Part shown: positions 21,381 through 32,000 of the stretch, one piece after another | Numbering within the stretch: the first letter of the stretch is position 1 | Layout of the letters: the number at the start of each line of letters is the position of its first letter | Origin: Candidatus Saccharimonadota bacterium | GTDB taxonomy: Bacteria; Patescibacteriota; Gracilibacteria; BD1-5; UBA6164 | Direction: 5' to 3' | NCBI GenBank assembly: GCA_963677765.1 | Contig: OY782392.1 | Span: 780,001 to 812,000 of the forward strand | DNA length: 32,000 nucleotides | The notes under the pieces: generated by a model | Seen by the model: the letters and a program-made list of their open reading frames with translations, nothing else | The model's database searches: none | Told to the model about the DNA's origin: nothing | Made by a program: the position numbers and the translations under genes

Positions 21381-21981
21381 TATTAAAAAAGATAATTATT
21401 ATATTTAGGAATGAATGGATAAAAGTGAATATGAATATATATTATTAAAATATTAAATAAATAAAATATATCTATATATTAATATTATATAACTTTTCTT
21501 TACTATTAAATTTAAAATTATATAATAGTGTATAATTTTATTATTAATAATTTTAATTCCTATGAGATAGGAAATTAAATCTTTTAGAACAAATTGATAT
21601 TATCCATGTCTTAATGATATACAAGGTCATGATTTTAATCAATCTAAACATAACTTTTTTTCATCTGAAAAAATTGAGTGCAATATTGTTTATGATTTTT
21701 TAAATTAAACTATAATTTTGAATTTTCTATATATAGAAGGGGATTCAGAAAAATTATTAAAGCATATATGATCTAACTCTATAGGTGAAATGATGTTTTT
21801 ACTAAAAAAATTAATGAGTTAAGTAATATATAATAGTTCTATTTATCATGAATTAACTAAAAAAAGATAAAATATTATTTATATTTTGATGAATGATATT
21901 TTTTATATTACCAATAATAATATTAACCTATAACAATATTATTTGATGATATAGTTTATTTAATTATATAACTTAAATTTT

Positions 21982-22311
21982 ATGAAAAAAATATTTGCAT
22001 CAGTATTATTGTTTTTATCATCTGTTTATATATGAATTTATATTTATGATTATATAAATAATTTAAATAAGCCTATAATGTATACTTGATTGCTTGTAGA
22101 AAAAAGTTGTTCTATATCTTTAGGTGAATCTTGCTTTGAATCATGTATGGATAAACATAAATGAAGTCCTGTTAGTTATATAATATACTGTAAAGATAAA
22201 TGTTGTTTATTAACGTCAAAATCGACTTTTAATATATTTAATTTTTTAATTTTAATTTTATTTATATTTTTAATAAAATATTTATTTTTTCCTAAAAATT
22301 CTAATAAATAA
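21982..22311 (+). CDS. Small Cys-rich membrane-anchored hypothetical protein, 109 aa
   Basis: ATG 21982 to TAA 22309-22311. It has an N-terminal hydrophobic segment, the Cys cluster CSISLGESCFESCMDKHKGSPVSYIIYCKDKCC and a C-terminal TM. I recognise no family. Confidence 0.5.
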
Positions 22312-22337
22312 AAAAACACCCCTTCGGGTGTTTTTTA
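22311..22337. terminator. Bidirectional intrinsic terminator (GC-rich stem ACACCC-CTTC-GGGTGT)
   Basis: Stem at 22316-22321 / 22326-22331 between an A-run and a T-run. The stop of the minus-strand gene (22335-22337) lies in the T-tract. Confidence 0.85.
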
Positions 22338-22769
22338 TTTTATCTCACAAATTTCTTTTCATTCTCAAGCAAATTTTGTTGCTATTCAATCAATTATTAA
22401 TCAAATTATTGCTCATTCTAATACTAACCAGTAAGGAGAGTATCATTCAAAAGCAGAACCTATCATTATAGTAGTCAAAATAGGGAATATGAATAATACA
22501 AGAACTAAGTTAAACCAAGCTCAAAGAAAAATTCATCTAAAACACCAAGGCATTTTAAACCAGTTTAAAACAGGATGTTTATCCATGATTCACATCAAAC
22601 CAATCATGGCACCAACAGTTGTATACCAAAACAAAACTGCCAATCTAAGCTCTAAACTAGCTTCTTTAAACACATAAGGCATTACAAAAAAAGCAACTAA
22701 TCAAATAATAAAACCAAGACTTTTAGCTATAGTAAGTCTTCTAACAAACTTATTTTCAAAAATTCCCAT
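22335..22769 (-). CDS. Hypothetical integral membrane protein (about 4 TM), 144 aa
   Basis: The ORF is 435 nt under table 25. Hydrophobic segments are LGFIIGLVAFFVMPYVF, LAVLFWYTTVGAMIGLMGI, GIFLGAWFNLVLVLFIFPILTTIMIG and WLVLEGAIIGLIIDGIA. Confidence 0.65.
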
Positions 22770-22832
22770 AATATAAAAATTATAAAAATAAACTATTAAA
22801 TTATATTATTTAATCTAATAATAACAAATAAA

Positions 22833-23243
22833 TTAAAACTCTTCTATTATTTCAATTAGGTTTTCAGTAAATACTTTTATTATTTCATCAGTATCAGTTA
22901 TAGAAAATTTACCCAATGGATATTTTCTAGTTTTTTGTCATTTTTCTGTTGATGAAAATTCTGGATGTATGTATCAGTATTTTAAATCAATTTGTTTATA
23001 ATTAAAATTACAAACTATTAATTTATTTATCATTTGAGTAGTGTCATTTATTTTGATTTTTACTGTAAAATTTCAAAACTCAGTGTATTCTACTCAGTAT
23101 TTAGCTATTATATTTTTTCTAATAGATTCTTCAGCAGCTTCTATTATTTTTTTTAATTCTGCATCAAAATCTCATGTATATTTTTGTTTTGATTTAATTT
23201 TTAAATCATGTATTTCTTCATATGTTTTAACGTATGTTCTCAT
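22833..23243 (-). CDS. Hypothetical cytoplasmic protein, 136 aa
   Basis: The ORF is 411 nt under table 25 (ATG 23243, TAA 22833-22835) with 5 in-frame TGA. I recognise no motif. Confidence 0.55.
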
Positions 23244-23393
23244 TTGTTTTTTATATTATATATTAATTTTATTATATAAAAATGTTTTATTTTTTCAATA
23301 AATAGTTGATTATAAGCTATTTTTTAATTTTAAATTTGGGTCTTTATTATTTATGAATATTATATCTAATATATTTAATACAAATTATAACAA

Positions 23394-24653
23394 ATGAAAT
23401 TTAACGAATTAGGTCTTGTATGACCTTTACAAAAAGCATTGGATAAAGAATGATTTGATACTCCAACAGAAATACAAGAAAAAGTTATACCTTTAGCTTT
23501 AAAATGAAAAGATATATTAGCTAGTGCTCAAACAGGTAGCGGTAAAACTTTTGCTTTTGTATTACCTATATTACAAAGCCTTTATAATGAAAGAAAAGAG
23601 CTAGAAGAACAAGGTAAAGCAAAAAGAAAATTACAAGCTCTTATTATAGCTCCTACTAGAGAGTTAGCTATACAGATAGGAGATTCTATGAAACTATATT
23701 GTTCTAATGTAAATCTTAAAAGTACTACTATTTATGGTTGAGTTAATGATTTTCATCAAAAGAAAGCTATAGAAAAATGAATAGATATATTAGTTGCTAC
23801 TCCTTGAAGATTGGAGGACTTAATTAATCAATGAGTTATAAAACTATCATATATCGACTATTTAGTATTAGATGAAGCTGATAAAATGTTGAATATGGGA
23901 TTTTTACCTGATATAAAAAAGGTAATGAAAAGAATACCAGAAAAAAGGCAAACTTTATTTTTCTCAGCTACTATGCCAAAAGAAATAAAAGAATTAGCTT
24001 CTAGTTTATTACATTGCCAAGAAGAAGTAAAGGTTCATAAAGTTGCTTCTACTACAGAAAATATAAATCAACAAGTTTATCATGTAAAAGCTAGTCATAG
24101 AAGACAATTACTACAATACCTTGTAAAAAAAACAGAATTTGATTCTATACTTGTTTTTGTTAGAACAAAAGATGATACAGAATATGTTTTAGAATATATA
24201 AAATCTATATGAATAAAAGCTGATAATATTCATAGAAATAGATCTCAAAATGCTAGACAAAGAGCTTTGAAGGCATTAAAAGATGGAGAAATAAAAGTAT
24301 TGGTTGCAACAGATATAGCTTCTAGATGATTGGATGTAAATGATTTATCATGTGTTATAAACTATAATATACCATTAGAACCAGAAGATTATGTTCATAG
24401 AATATGAAGAACAGCTAGAGCTGGTAAAAAATGAGTAGCTATAACATTTTGTATAGATCATGAAAAAGAATATTTAAAAAAAGTAGAAGAAACTATTGGT
24501 AAAAAAGTAAAAGTTATTGATGATGATTCATATAAAAATGAAGTAATACCAAAAACAAAAATACTTTGATATGATAATTTTCAAGAATGATTTAAGAAAA
24601 AACCAAAAACTAACCCAAATAAAAAAAGATATTATTCTAAAAAGAAAAAATAA
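23394..24653 (+). CDS. DEAD-box ATP-dependent RNA helicase (RhlE-like), 419 aa
   Basis: The Q motif region is GFDTPTEIQ. Further motifs are [21 protein letters not shown] (Gly is TGA at 23805), LDEADKM, SAT and HRIGRTARAG (the first Gly is TGA). The C-terminus is a basic tail. Confidence 0.92.
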
Positions 24654-24656
24654 ATA

Positions 24657-24692
24657 AAACCCCTTATCAAGTTATGATAGGGGGGGTTTTTT
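24657..24692. terminator. Bidirectional intrinsic terminator (10-bp stem CCCCTTATCA / TGATAGGGGG)
   Basis: An A-run, stem at 24660-24669 / 24675-24684, then a T-run. It is shared by convergent CDSs. Confidence 0.85.
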
Positions 24693-25056
24693 ACTCAATG
24701 AGTTCGAGATAAGCTTTGAACTGCTTTCTCAAAACAGTGAGTTTAAAGGGTCTATCAACTACAATAGTTCTTACTTTTGCAGTAAAGCCAATTTCTTCAT
24801 CTTCGGTTCCAGGAGTTTTTCCTTTCATAACCTCAAATGATTTAAAACTTACCAGAAATTCTGTAATTGAGTCAAATAGGCTACCACTGAAATACAGACG
24901 AAGGAGAATAGGTTTTTCTCCCAGGTCTATATAGTTGTGATTGCTCTTTTTTTCTACTCTTTTTTTGAAGTTTTGGTAGATTTTTTCTTTTTGCTCATTG
25001 CTCAAATCACCTTTTTGTATTGATTGAGGAAGAGCCATATGAAGATGTTTTTTCAT
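24691..25056 (-). CDS. Hypothetical protein, 121 aa, compositionally atypical (possible horizontal acquisition)
   Basis: This is an intact standard-code ORF with no TGA; all 6 Gly are GGN. A strong SD (AGGAG) lies 6 nt upstream of the ATG. It uses CTG/CTC/CCC/GGC/CGT codons that are rare in neighbouring genes. I recognise no family motif. Confidence 0.7.
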   Translation of the reverse strand: MKKHLHMALPQSIQKGDLSNEQKEKIYQNFKKRVEKKSNHNYIDLGEKPILLRLYFSGSLFDSITEFLVSFKSFEVMKGKTPGTEDEEIGFTAKVRTIVVDRPFKLTVLRKQFKAYLELIE

Positions 25057-25181
25057 CTTTTACTCCTTTTTGTTTCAAAAAATGTTTAATTATTGTAAAA
25101 TAAAAACTTTTTTAGTCAATTTTATCTTGCATAATATTATTTTTTGTCTAATATAAAAAAAATAAATTATAAACTTTTATT

Positions 25182-25964
25182 ATGGTTGATAAAACAAAAA
25201 ATAATCTTGATGTAGAACAGTTTTTAGATTTTTTAGAAACTAATTCTGTTAACAGTTTACCAGAGTCATTATATGAAGTACAGAACCTTATAAAAGTTGA
25301 AATAGAAAATATATTATGACAAAATGTTTTATCTCAATTGCTTATAAAATCAAAAGAGTATTGACTTATTACTATAAGTGAAAATTTAATAAATGATTTT
25401 GAACAAGAAAAAGAAATAAAGATACTTTGAGTAGATAAGGAAAAACTAGAAACAGATTTATTGGAAAAAGCATGAGCAAAAATGGTTTTTAAATGAACTG
25501 TTATAGATGTGTATTATGATTTTGAAAATGATGCTATAGAAAAAACAAAATGAAAAACAAGTTTTAGAATAAGGGAAAAAATTTGAGAAGATGGAAAATC
25601 TACTTTTTATTATACTATTAAAAGAAAAGAAAAAAAAGATGAAGATTCTTCTGTAATGAGAGTTTGTTATGAAAAAGAATTCAAGATAAATGACATAATG
25701 TTATTCATAGAGTTATTAAATCATTTATGATTTAAAAAAACTAGAGCCAAGAAAAAAGATAGAGTAGCATATGAATTATGAAAAATAAAATTTGATATTG
25801 ATTCTTATGAATGAATACCACCATTATTAGAAATAGAAGCTCATACAGCTAAAATTGCTGAATTTTATATAGAATCTTTATGATTGTCTTCTCTTGAAAA
25901 AAGTAATTGATGATCTAGAAGTTTATATGAAAAATATGATAAAACTTATAAAACTTTTGAATAA
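25182..25964 (+). CDS. CYTH-domain protein (class IV adenylate cyclase / triphosphatase fold) with ~70-aa N-terminal extension, 260 aa
   Basis: The ExExK strand is EKEIKIL. It is followed by FRIREKIGEDGKSTFYYTIKRK and CYEKEFKI, then KKDRVAYELGKIKFDIDSYEGIPPLLEIEA. It is uninterrupted only with TGA=Gly. Confidence 0.78.
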
Positions 25965-26002
25965 AAAATAACATAGAATAAAAATTCTATGTTATTTTTT
26001 TA
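25963..26002. terminator. Bidirectional intrinsic terminator (13-bp stem AATAACATAGAAT / ATTCTATGTTATT)
   Basis: Stem at 25967-25979 / 25984-25996 between an A-run and a T-run. The SulP TAG stop (25987-25989) lies inside the 3' arm. Confidence 0.85.
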
Positions 26003-27750
26003 TAAATCATTTTTTCTCATATTTTCTCTATTTTTTTGTTTTTTGCTTTGTATTTTAATAATGGTTTTAAGTCTAGATCTTTTTTTTCATTTTGTTTTTT
26101 TAGATATTCTATTATATCTTGTAATTTTTCAAATACTTTATCTTTTCATATAGATTCAATAAAACCTACATTATCTAATTTATTTAATACTTTTATCCTA
26201 AGATTACAGTAATAAACTTTTATCAATTGTTTTCTAAGTCTATAATCTAAATCTCTAAGAACTACATAGCTTGAAGAATCTATATTTCATACCCATTCGA
26301 AGTCAAATATAACTATCTTAAGATCTGGTTTTTCAGATATATAATTTAATATTTTGCTCTCAAAATGTCATGCATTAGCAAAAAATAAATTTCAATCAAC
26401 TCTAAAAACAGATACATATTTTGATTTTTTAATTTTGAAAAAATTAGCATCTCTAAATATTCAGTTTTTATACATTGAAACTTCAATCACCTTTGGTTTC
26501 ATAGATCTATATATATGAAAAGCAAGAGATAATATTACTCATACAGCTATTCACATTTCTACATTTGGACTAGTAAACATTGTTGCTAGAAATGTAATAA
26601 TGGCAACATAAGCATCTTTTTTTTGTACTTTCCATGCTTCTATTATAGGTTCAATTTTTATTAAATCAGAAACAGCAATTATTATTATTGCAGCTAAAGT
26701 AGCAATTGGTAAATGATATAACATTGGAGTTAAATATATCAATGTTATTGCTACTATTATTCATGTAACAATAGATGCTGCTCATGTTTCTGCTCCTGCT
26801 CTAAGATTTACAGCAGTTCTAGAAAAACTTCATGCAACTCAATATCATCAAAAAATTGACGATCACATATTAGCAGCAGCTTGTCATAATAATTCTCTAT
26901 TTGCTGATACTTTTTGTTTTGTTTTAACAGCTACTCATTTAGCAACTGCTATAGATTCTGTAAATCATATAAGTCATACTATAAATGCAAATAACATTAC
27001 TTTGTATGTATTTTCTCAAAATAGTATTTCTGTAGTAAAATTTAAATTCAGATTTGGTAATCAACTAGGTATTACTCAAACAACACTTCATCAATAATTT
27101 ATTTCAAATCATATTTGATATGATACAGCTATTGATATTATCAATAAAAATAATACTCTTGGAACTTTTGGGAGAAATTTTTTTAGTATTAACAAAAATA
27201 ATATTGCTATAAATCAAAATAAAAATGTTATTAAGTGTAATTCATCTAATGATTTTATGATAATTTGCCAAGTATGTTCAAAAATTCAAAGTCATTTAGT
27301 TATAGAAAATCAAAAAATTTTTTCAGCTTGAGCTATTATTGTTATAAGTGCTATTGCATTTGTAAATCATACAATTACTGGGTGTGATAAAAACTCTACT
27401 ATTATTCACATTCTAAAAATTGATAGTATCAAATATGTTAATCACATAAAAAATGCCATCATAGAAGCATAAATAATATATTGCTCCATTGATTGTAATC
27501 ATAGAGATCATATAGTTGCTGCAGTCATTATTGATACTATAGTAACAGGTCAAGTAGACATTTGTTTACTAGATCAAAATAATCATCATATTATAACTCA
27601 TACTAAAGCAGTATAAAGTCATATATAAATAGGCAATCATGCTAATCAAGCATATGCCATTGATTGAGGTATGATAACTAGAGCTACTGTTATTCATGCT
27701 AATAAGTCAGCTCTAAAAAATGTTTTTATTTTATTTTTTAATTCTGTCAT
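25987..27750 (-). CDS. SulP-family inorganic anion transporter with C-terminal STAS domain, 587 aa
   Basis: The ORF is 1764 nt under table 25 and is in frame with track fragment 26551..26742. Motifs are LLAGITVALVIIPQSMAYAGLAGLP, TGPVTIVS, NRELLGQAAANMGSSIFGGYGVAGSFSRTAVN and YHLPIATLAAIIIIAV. The STAS-like end is DANFFKI...VFRVDGNLFFANA. Confidence 0.92.
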
Positions 27751-27825
27751 AGTGTTTTAATGACTATTTATTATATTAATTTTATCATATATATTTTAAA
27801 AAATAAAATATTAATATTTTTATAT

Positions 27826-28027
27826 TTGCTTTTTGATTTTTTATATATATAATCCGCACATAAATTTGGAACTTCCTTTTAAGGACTCAATATAATGGGA
27901 TATAATTAATTTGGGTCAAATAGAGGATTATGGCGTAAAATTAATTATATTATATTGATTTTTTTAAAAAGAAGTTTTTCACTTAAATGATGAAGAACTT
28001 GCTTTATATGCTTGTTCTTTTTTTATA
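27826..28027 (+). promoter_or_regulatory. Candidate promoter plus structured ~170-nt leader or small RNA ending in a terminator-like hairpin just upstream of the DeaD-like gene
   Basis: TTGCTT (27826-27831), a 16-nt spacer, then TATAAT (27848-27853). A GC-enriched segment follows with nested pairings CCGCACATAA/TTATGGCG (27854-27863 / 27928-27935) and GACTCAA/TTGGGTC (27884-27890 / 27911-27917). Next is hairpin AAGAAC..GC / GC..GTTCTT (27993-28019) plus a T-run, 25 nt before ATG 28052. Confidence 0.35.
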
Positions 28028-28051
28028 TTTTTAAAATTTAAGTTATACAAA

Positions 28052-29788
<1,737 letters not shown>

Positions 29789-29789
29789 T

Positions 29790-29823
29790 AAAAAAAACTA
29801 GAATTTAAATTCTAGTTTTTTTT
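29790..29823. terminator. Bidirectional intrinsic terminator (CTAGAATTT/AAATTCTAG palindrome)
   Basis: A perfect palindrome at 29798-29815 is flanked by an A-run and a T-run. It is a near-twin of the terminator at 72-106. Confidence 0.8.
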
Positions 29824-29824
29824 A

Positions 29825-31432
29825 TTATCTTTTAATTTTAAAAACAATATTATCTTTTATTTTTGATATTTTATTTAAAAAGAAAGGTCTAATGTTTATC
29901 TCAACATTACTTATTTTTCATGTATTTATAAGTATTTTTTCAGCTTCATCTTTATCTAATCATACTACTATACTTTTTAATCTATCTACATAATTATTGT
30001 TTTCAGATAAAAAGTTATGTATAAAGAAAGCTTCTACTAATGCTGTAGTTTTTACTGAAAATGGGTAGTTTGAAGTACTAAGAGTAGGAGATATTATTCT
30101 TAAAGAATCTTCATTTATTTCTAGTAATTCTTCTATATTATCAAGTATTCAATCTCTTACAGTTTGTCTAAGCTTTGTTAATAACATTTCTTTATTATAT
30201 GAATATGTTGTTATTTTTATTGATGCTCATAATTTGAAACTATCAGTTTCTTCTCATATATTTATTTGATCTTCTCATACTACATTAAATTCTGAATATT
30301 TTGTAACTCAGTCTACAGGAAATATTTCATATTGTACATTATTTCTTTCGTTGTTATCTTTTATGTCGTTTTTTACATCTTCATATATTTGTGTTTCAAG
30401 CTTTCATCTAAGTATAGTTTTAGCATTTTCTATATCTTGTTTTGTAACAACTTTTTTATAATTATCATTTCATCATTTAAATTGACTTATACTTTCAGCA
30501 TATATTTTATCACTATCTTCTTTTAGTCATGGTAAAAACATTGCTATTCATGTATCTATATTTCAATTAGATCATATTATATTTCATTTGCTATCTCTTA
30601 ATCTAGATTTTGCATAAGCATCTATTTCTCAAGGTATTACAGCTCATGTTGAACTTACACTACTAGATGGTATAACAACATTTCATTCTATTAAATACAC
30701 TAATCAAGTTTGAGTTTCAAGTCTAGTGCTATCAATTAATTCTATTTCATCACTAAACATATTGTACAGTTTTACTTTTCATCTAGATGTTGAAACTGTA
30801 TCTTCAGATACTCAAGATGTTCAGAAACTTGAATCTATAAAAATTTCTTTTGTTATTTTCTTTAGTCTTATAGTGTTTTCATCTAATACTAATTGATCAT
30901 TTTCTGATTCTGTAAATATAAAATTTTTTCATTTAGTTTTTACTTCTATTTTTGGTGTTATTTCAATATGTGTTTCATTTACCGCAAAGTAAAAGACAAA
31001 TATTAGTAAAAATAATGATAAAAATAAAAAACTTATAAAATATCATATTTTTGAGTTTCCATATTTATCTCTATATCTAGATATTATATTATCATTATTT
31101 TTTTGTAAGAAAATATCTTTTATTTCTCTAAAATAGTTTTTAAATGTGTATAAAAAATATTCAAAAAAACTATAGTTATATTCTATTAAATCAGGATTAT
31201 TAGTTATAGAGTATTTTATTCATAATCTTTTTCATATTTTTTTCGCTGTTTTATCATTAGTAATAATAACTAAATCTTTTTTTCAAGATTTTGCTTTTAA
31301 TATTCTAAGTGATGTATAATTATGTAAAACTGGATGTCAAAAAGGGAATTCTAAAATTATTTCTCTTTCTTTAGTATTTTTAATTTTTATTATAATATCT
31401 ACTATAGAATCATTCTTATGAATTTTTATCAT
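29825..31432 (-). CDS. Hypothetical single-pass membrane protein (small cytoplasmic N-domain, TM, large extracytoplasmic region), 535 aa
   Basis: The ORF is 1608 nt under table 25. The TM is IGYFISFLFLSLFLLIFVFYFAV at about residue 130. I do not confidently recognise a family. Confidence 0.7.
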
Positions 31433-31559
31433 TTTTTATTTTAAAATTATTACTATTTTATTTGTTTTAGAATATCTATTTAATCTTTTTTTTCAAGTTA
31501 ATTATTACTTTACAAAATATCTATTTTGGCTACACTTTTATTATATTTATAGTTTAACT

Positions 31560-32000
31560 TTGTTTGTTTTGCAAGAGATACTGAAAATAATTGATTTAAT
31601 AGAAAGTTCTATCAAAGAAAATCCTGAAAATTCACTTACAGCATGAGAAATAATTGCTGATAATTATGATGAAAAAGTAGATCAATATAGAAATATTATA
31701 AATAATTCTCAAGAATGGCTATTAAATTATCAAAATGATTTATCAACAAGTACTTGAATATCAAACTTAAAAATTAAGTTTACTAATGCTTCTGGATATT
31801 TTATAGAAATACCAAAATCACAAACATCAAAAATTCCTGATAGTTTCATACATAAACAAACACTTGTAAATGCTTCGAGATATATAACTATAGAACTAAA
31901 AGAATTTGAACAGAAAATGCTTGAAGCACAAAATGAAAAATCTTCAAGGGAATATAATATATTTTTAGATATTAGAGAAAAAATATTAGATTCTTACTCT
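31560..32000 (+). CDS. mutS: MutS-family protein, 5' boundary uncertain, 3' end beyond the window; alignment begins in the core/clamp region
   Basis: The sequence STGISNLKIKFTNASGYFIEIPKSQTSKIPDSFIHKQTLVNASRYITIELKEFEQKML matches the MutS TGI..LKI.FN...GYYIEV ... R.QTL.NAERYIT.ELKE.E motif block. No ATG is in frame between the divergent gene (ends at 31432) and this block. Possible starts are TTG at 31560 or 31569. Confidence 0.7.

Noticed and set aside
21380-21981. Possible CRISPR array or regular tandem repeat in the long AT-rich spacer
   Set aside because: I could see no repeat unit of constant length recurring at regular spacing. There is only generic AT-rich low complexity and one short palindrome at 21558-21574.
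21258-23243. Genomic island or prophage downstream of tRNA-Trp
   Set aside because: No integrase, transposase, phage structural gene or duplicated tRNA 3' end could be identified in the window. Only the weaker decayed-insertion idea is retained as a low-interest finding.
27854-27935. Assignment of the nested helices upstream of the DeaD-like gene to a known riboswitch class (purine, fluoride, TPP, preQ1, c-di-GMP)
   Set aside because: None of the conserved loop or junction sequences I remember for those classes is present. The downstream gene is also not a typical riboswitch target. It is kept only as an unclassified structured-RNA candidate.

Overview
This is a strongly AT-rich bacterial chromosomal segment; hand-counted 100-nt blocks run 25-35% G+C. 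It only makes sense if UGA is read as glycine (translation table 25), which points to a Gracilibacteria/Absconditabacteria (SR1)-type Patescibacteria (CPR) genome. The supplied standard-code ORF track therefore fragments or misses most genes. I re-derived every CDS by hand with TGA=Gly, and every frame closes as a multiple of 3.

Gene content, left to right:
- an orphan pilC
- an hsp20 plus ytxH-like stress pair
- a secreted Cys-rich protein
- a three-gene minus-strand surface cluster: a 1114-aa adhesin (2x CBM2-like, PA14 and a duplicated unnamed 160-aa module), a very TGA-poor WxL-like secreted protein, and a WxL-interacting-protein (DUF916)-like anchor with a cytoplasmic zinc ribbon
- rsmA/ksgA
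- an ATP-grasp ligase and two DUF1704/MATCAP-like metallopeptidase paralogs bracketing lepA
- a sensor-less histidine kinase plus a receiver-only response regulator
- tRNA-His, rpsA, rpsB, a DUF4870 membrane protein, tsf, a MazG-like gene and tRNA-Trp(CCA)
- a ~650-bp gene-free AT tract
- several small membrane or hypothetical genes
- two DEAD-box helicases, the second DeaD-like with an RGG tail written largely in TGA
- a compositionally foreign 121-aa ORF
- a CYTH protein and a SulP/STAS transporter
- a 535-aa single-TM protein
- a mutS-like gene that appears to start in the middle of the MutS fold

Nearly every convergent gene pair shares one perfect-palindrome bidirectional terminator. I found no CRISPR array, rRNA, transposase or integrase. 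All family assignments rest on motif recognition by eye and need HMM or BLAST confirmation.
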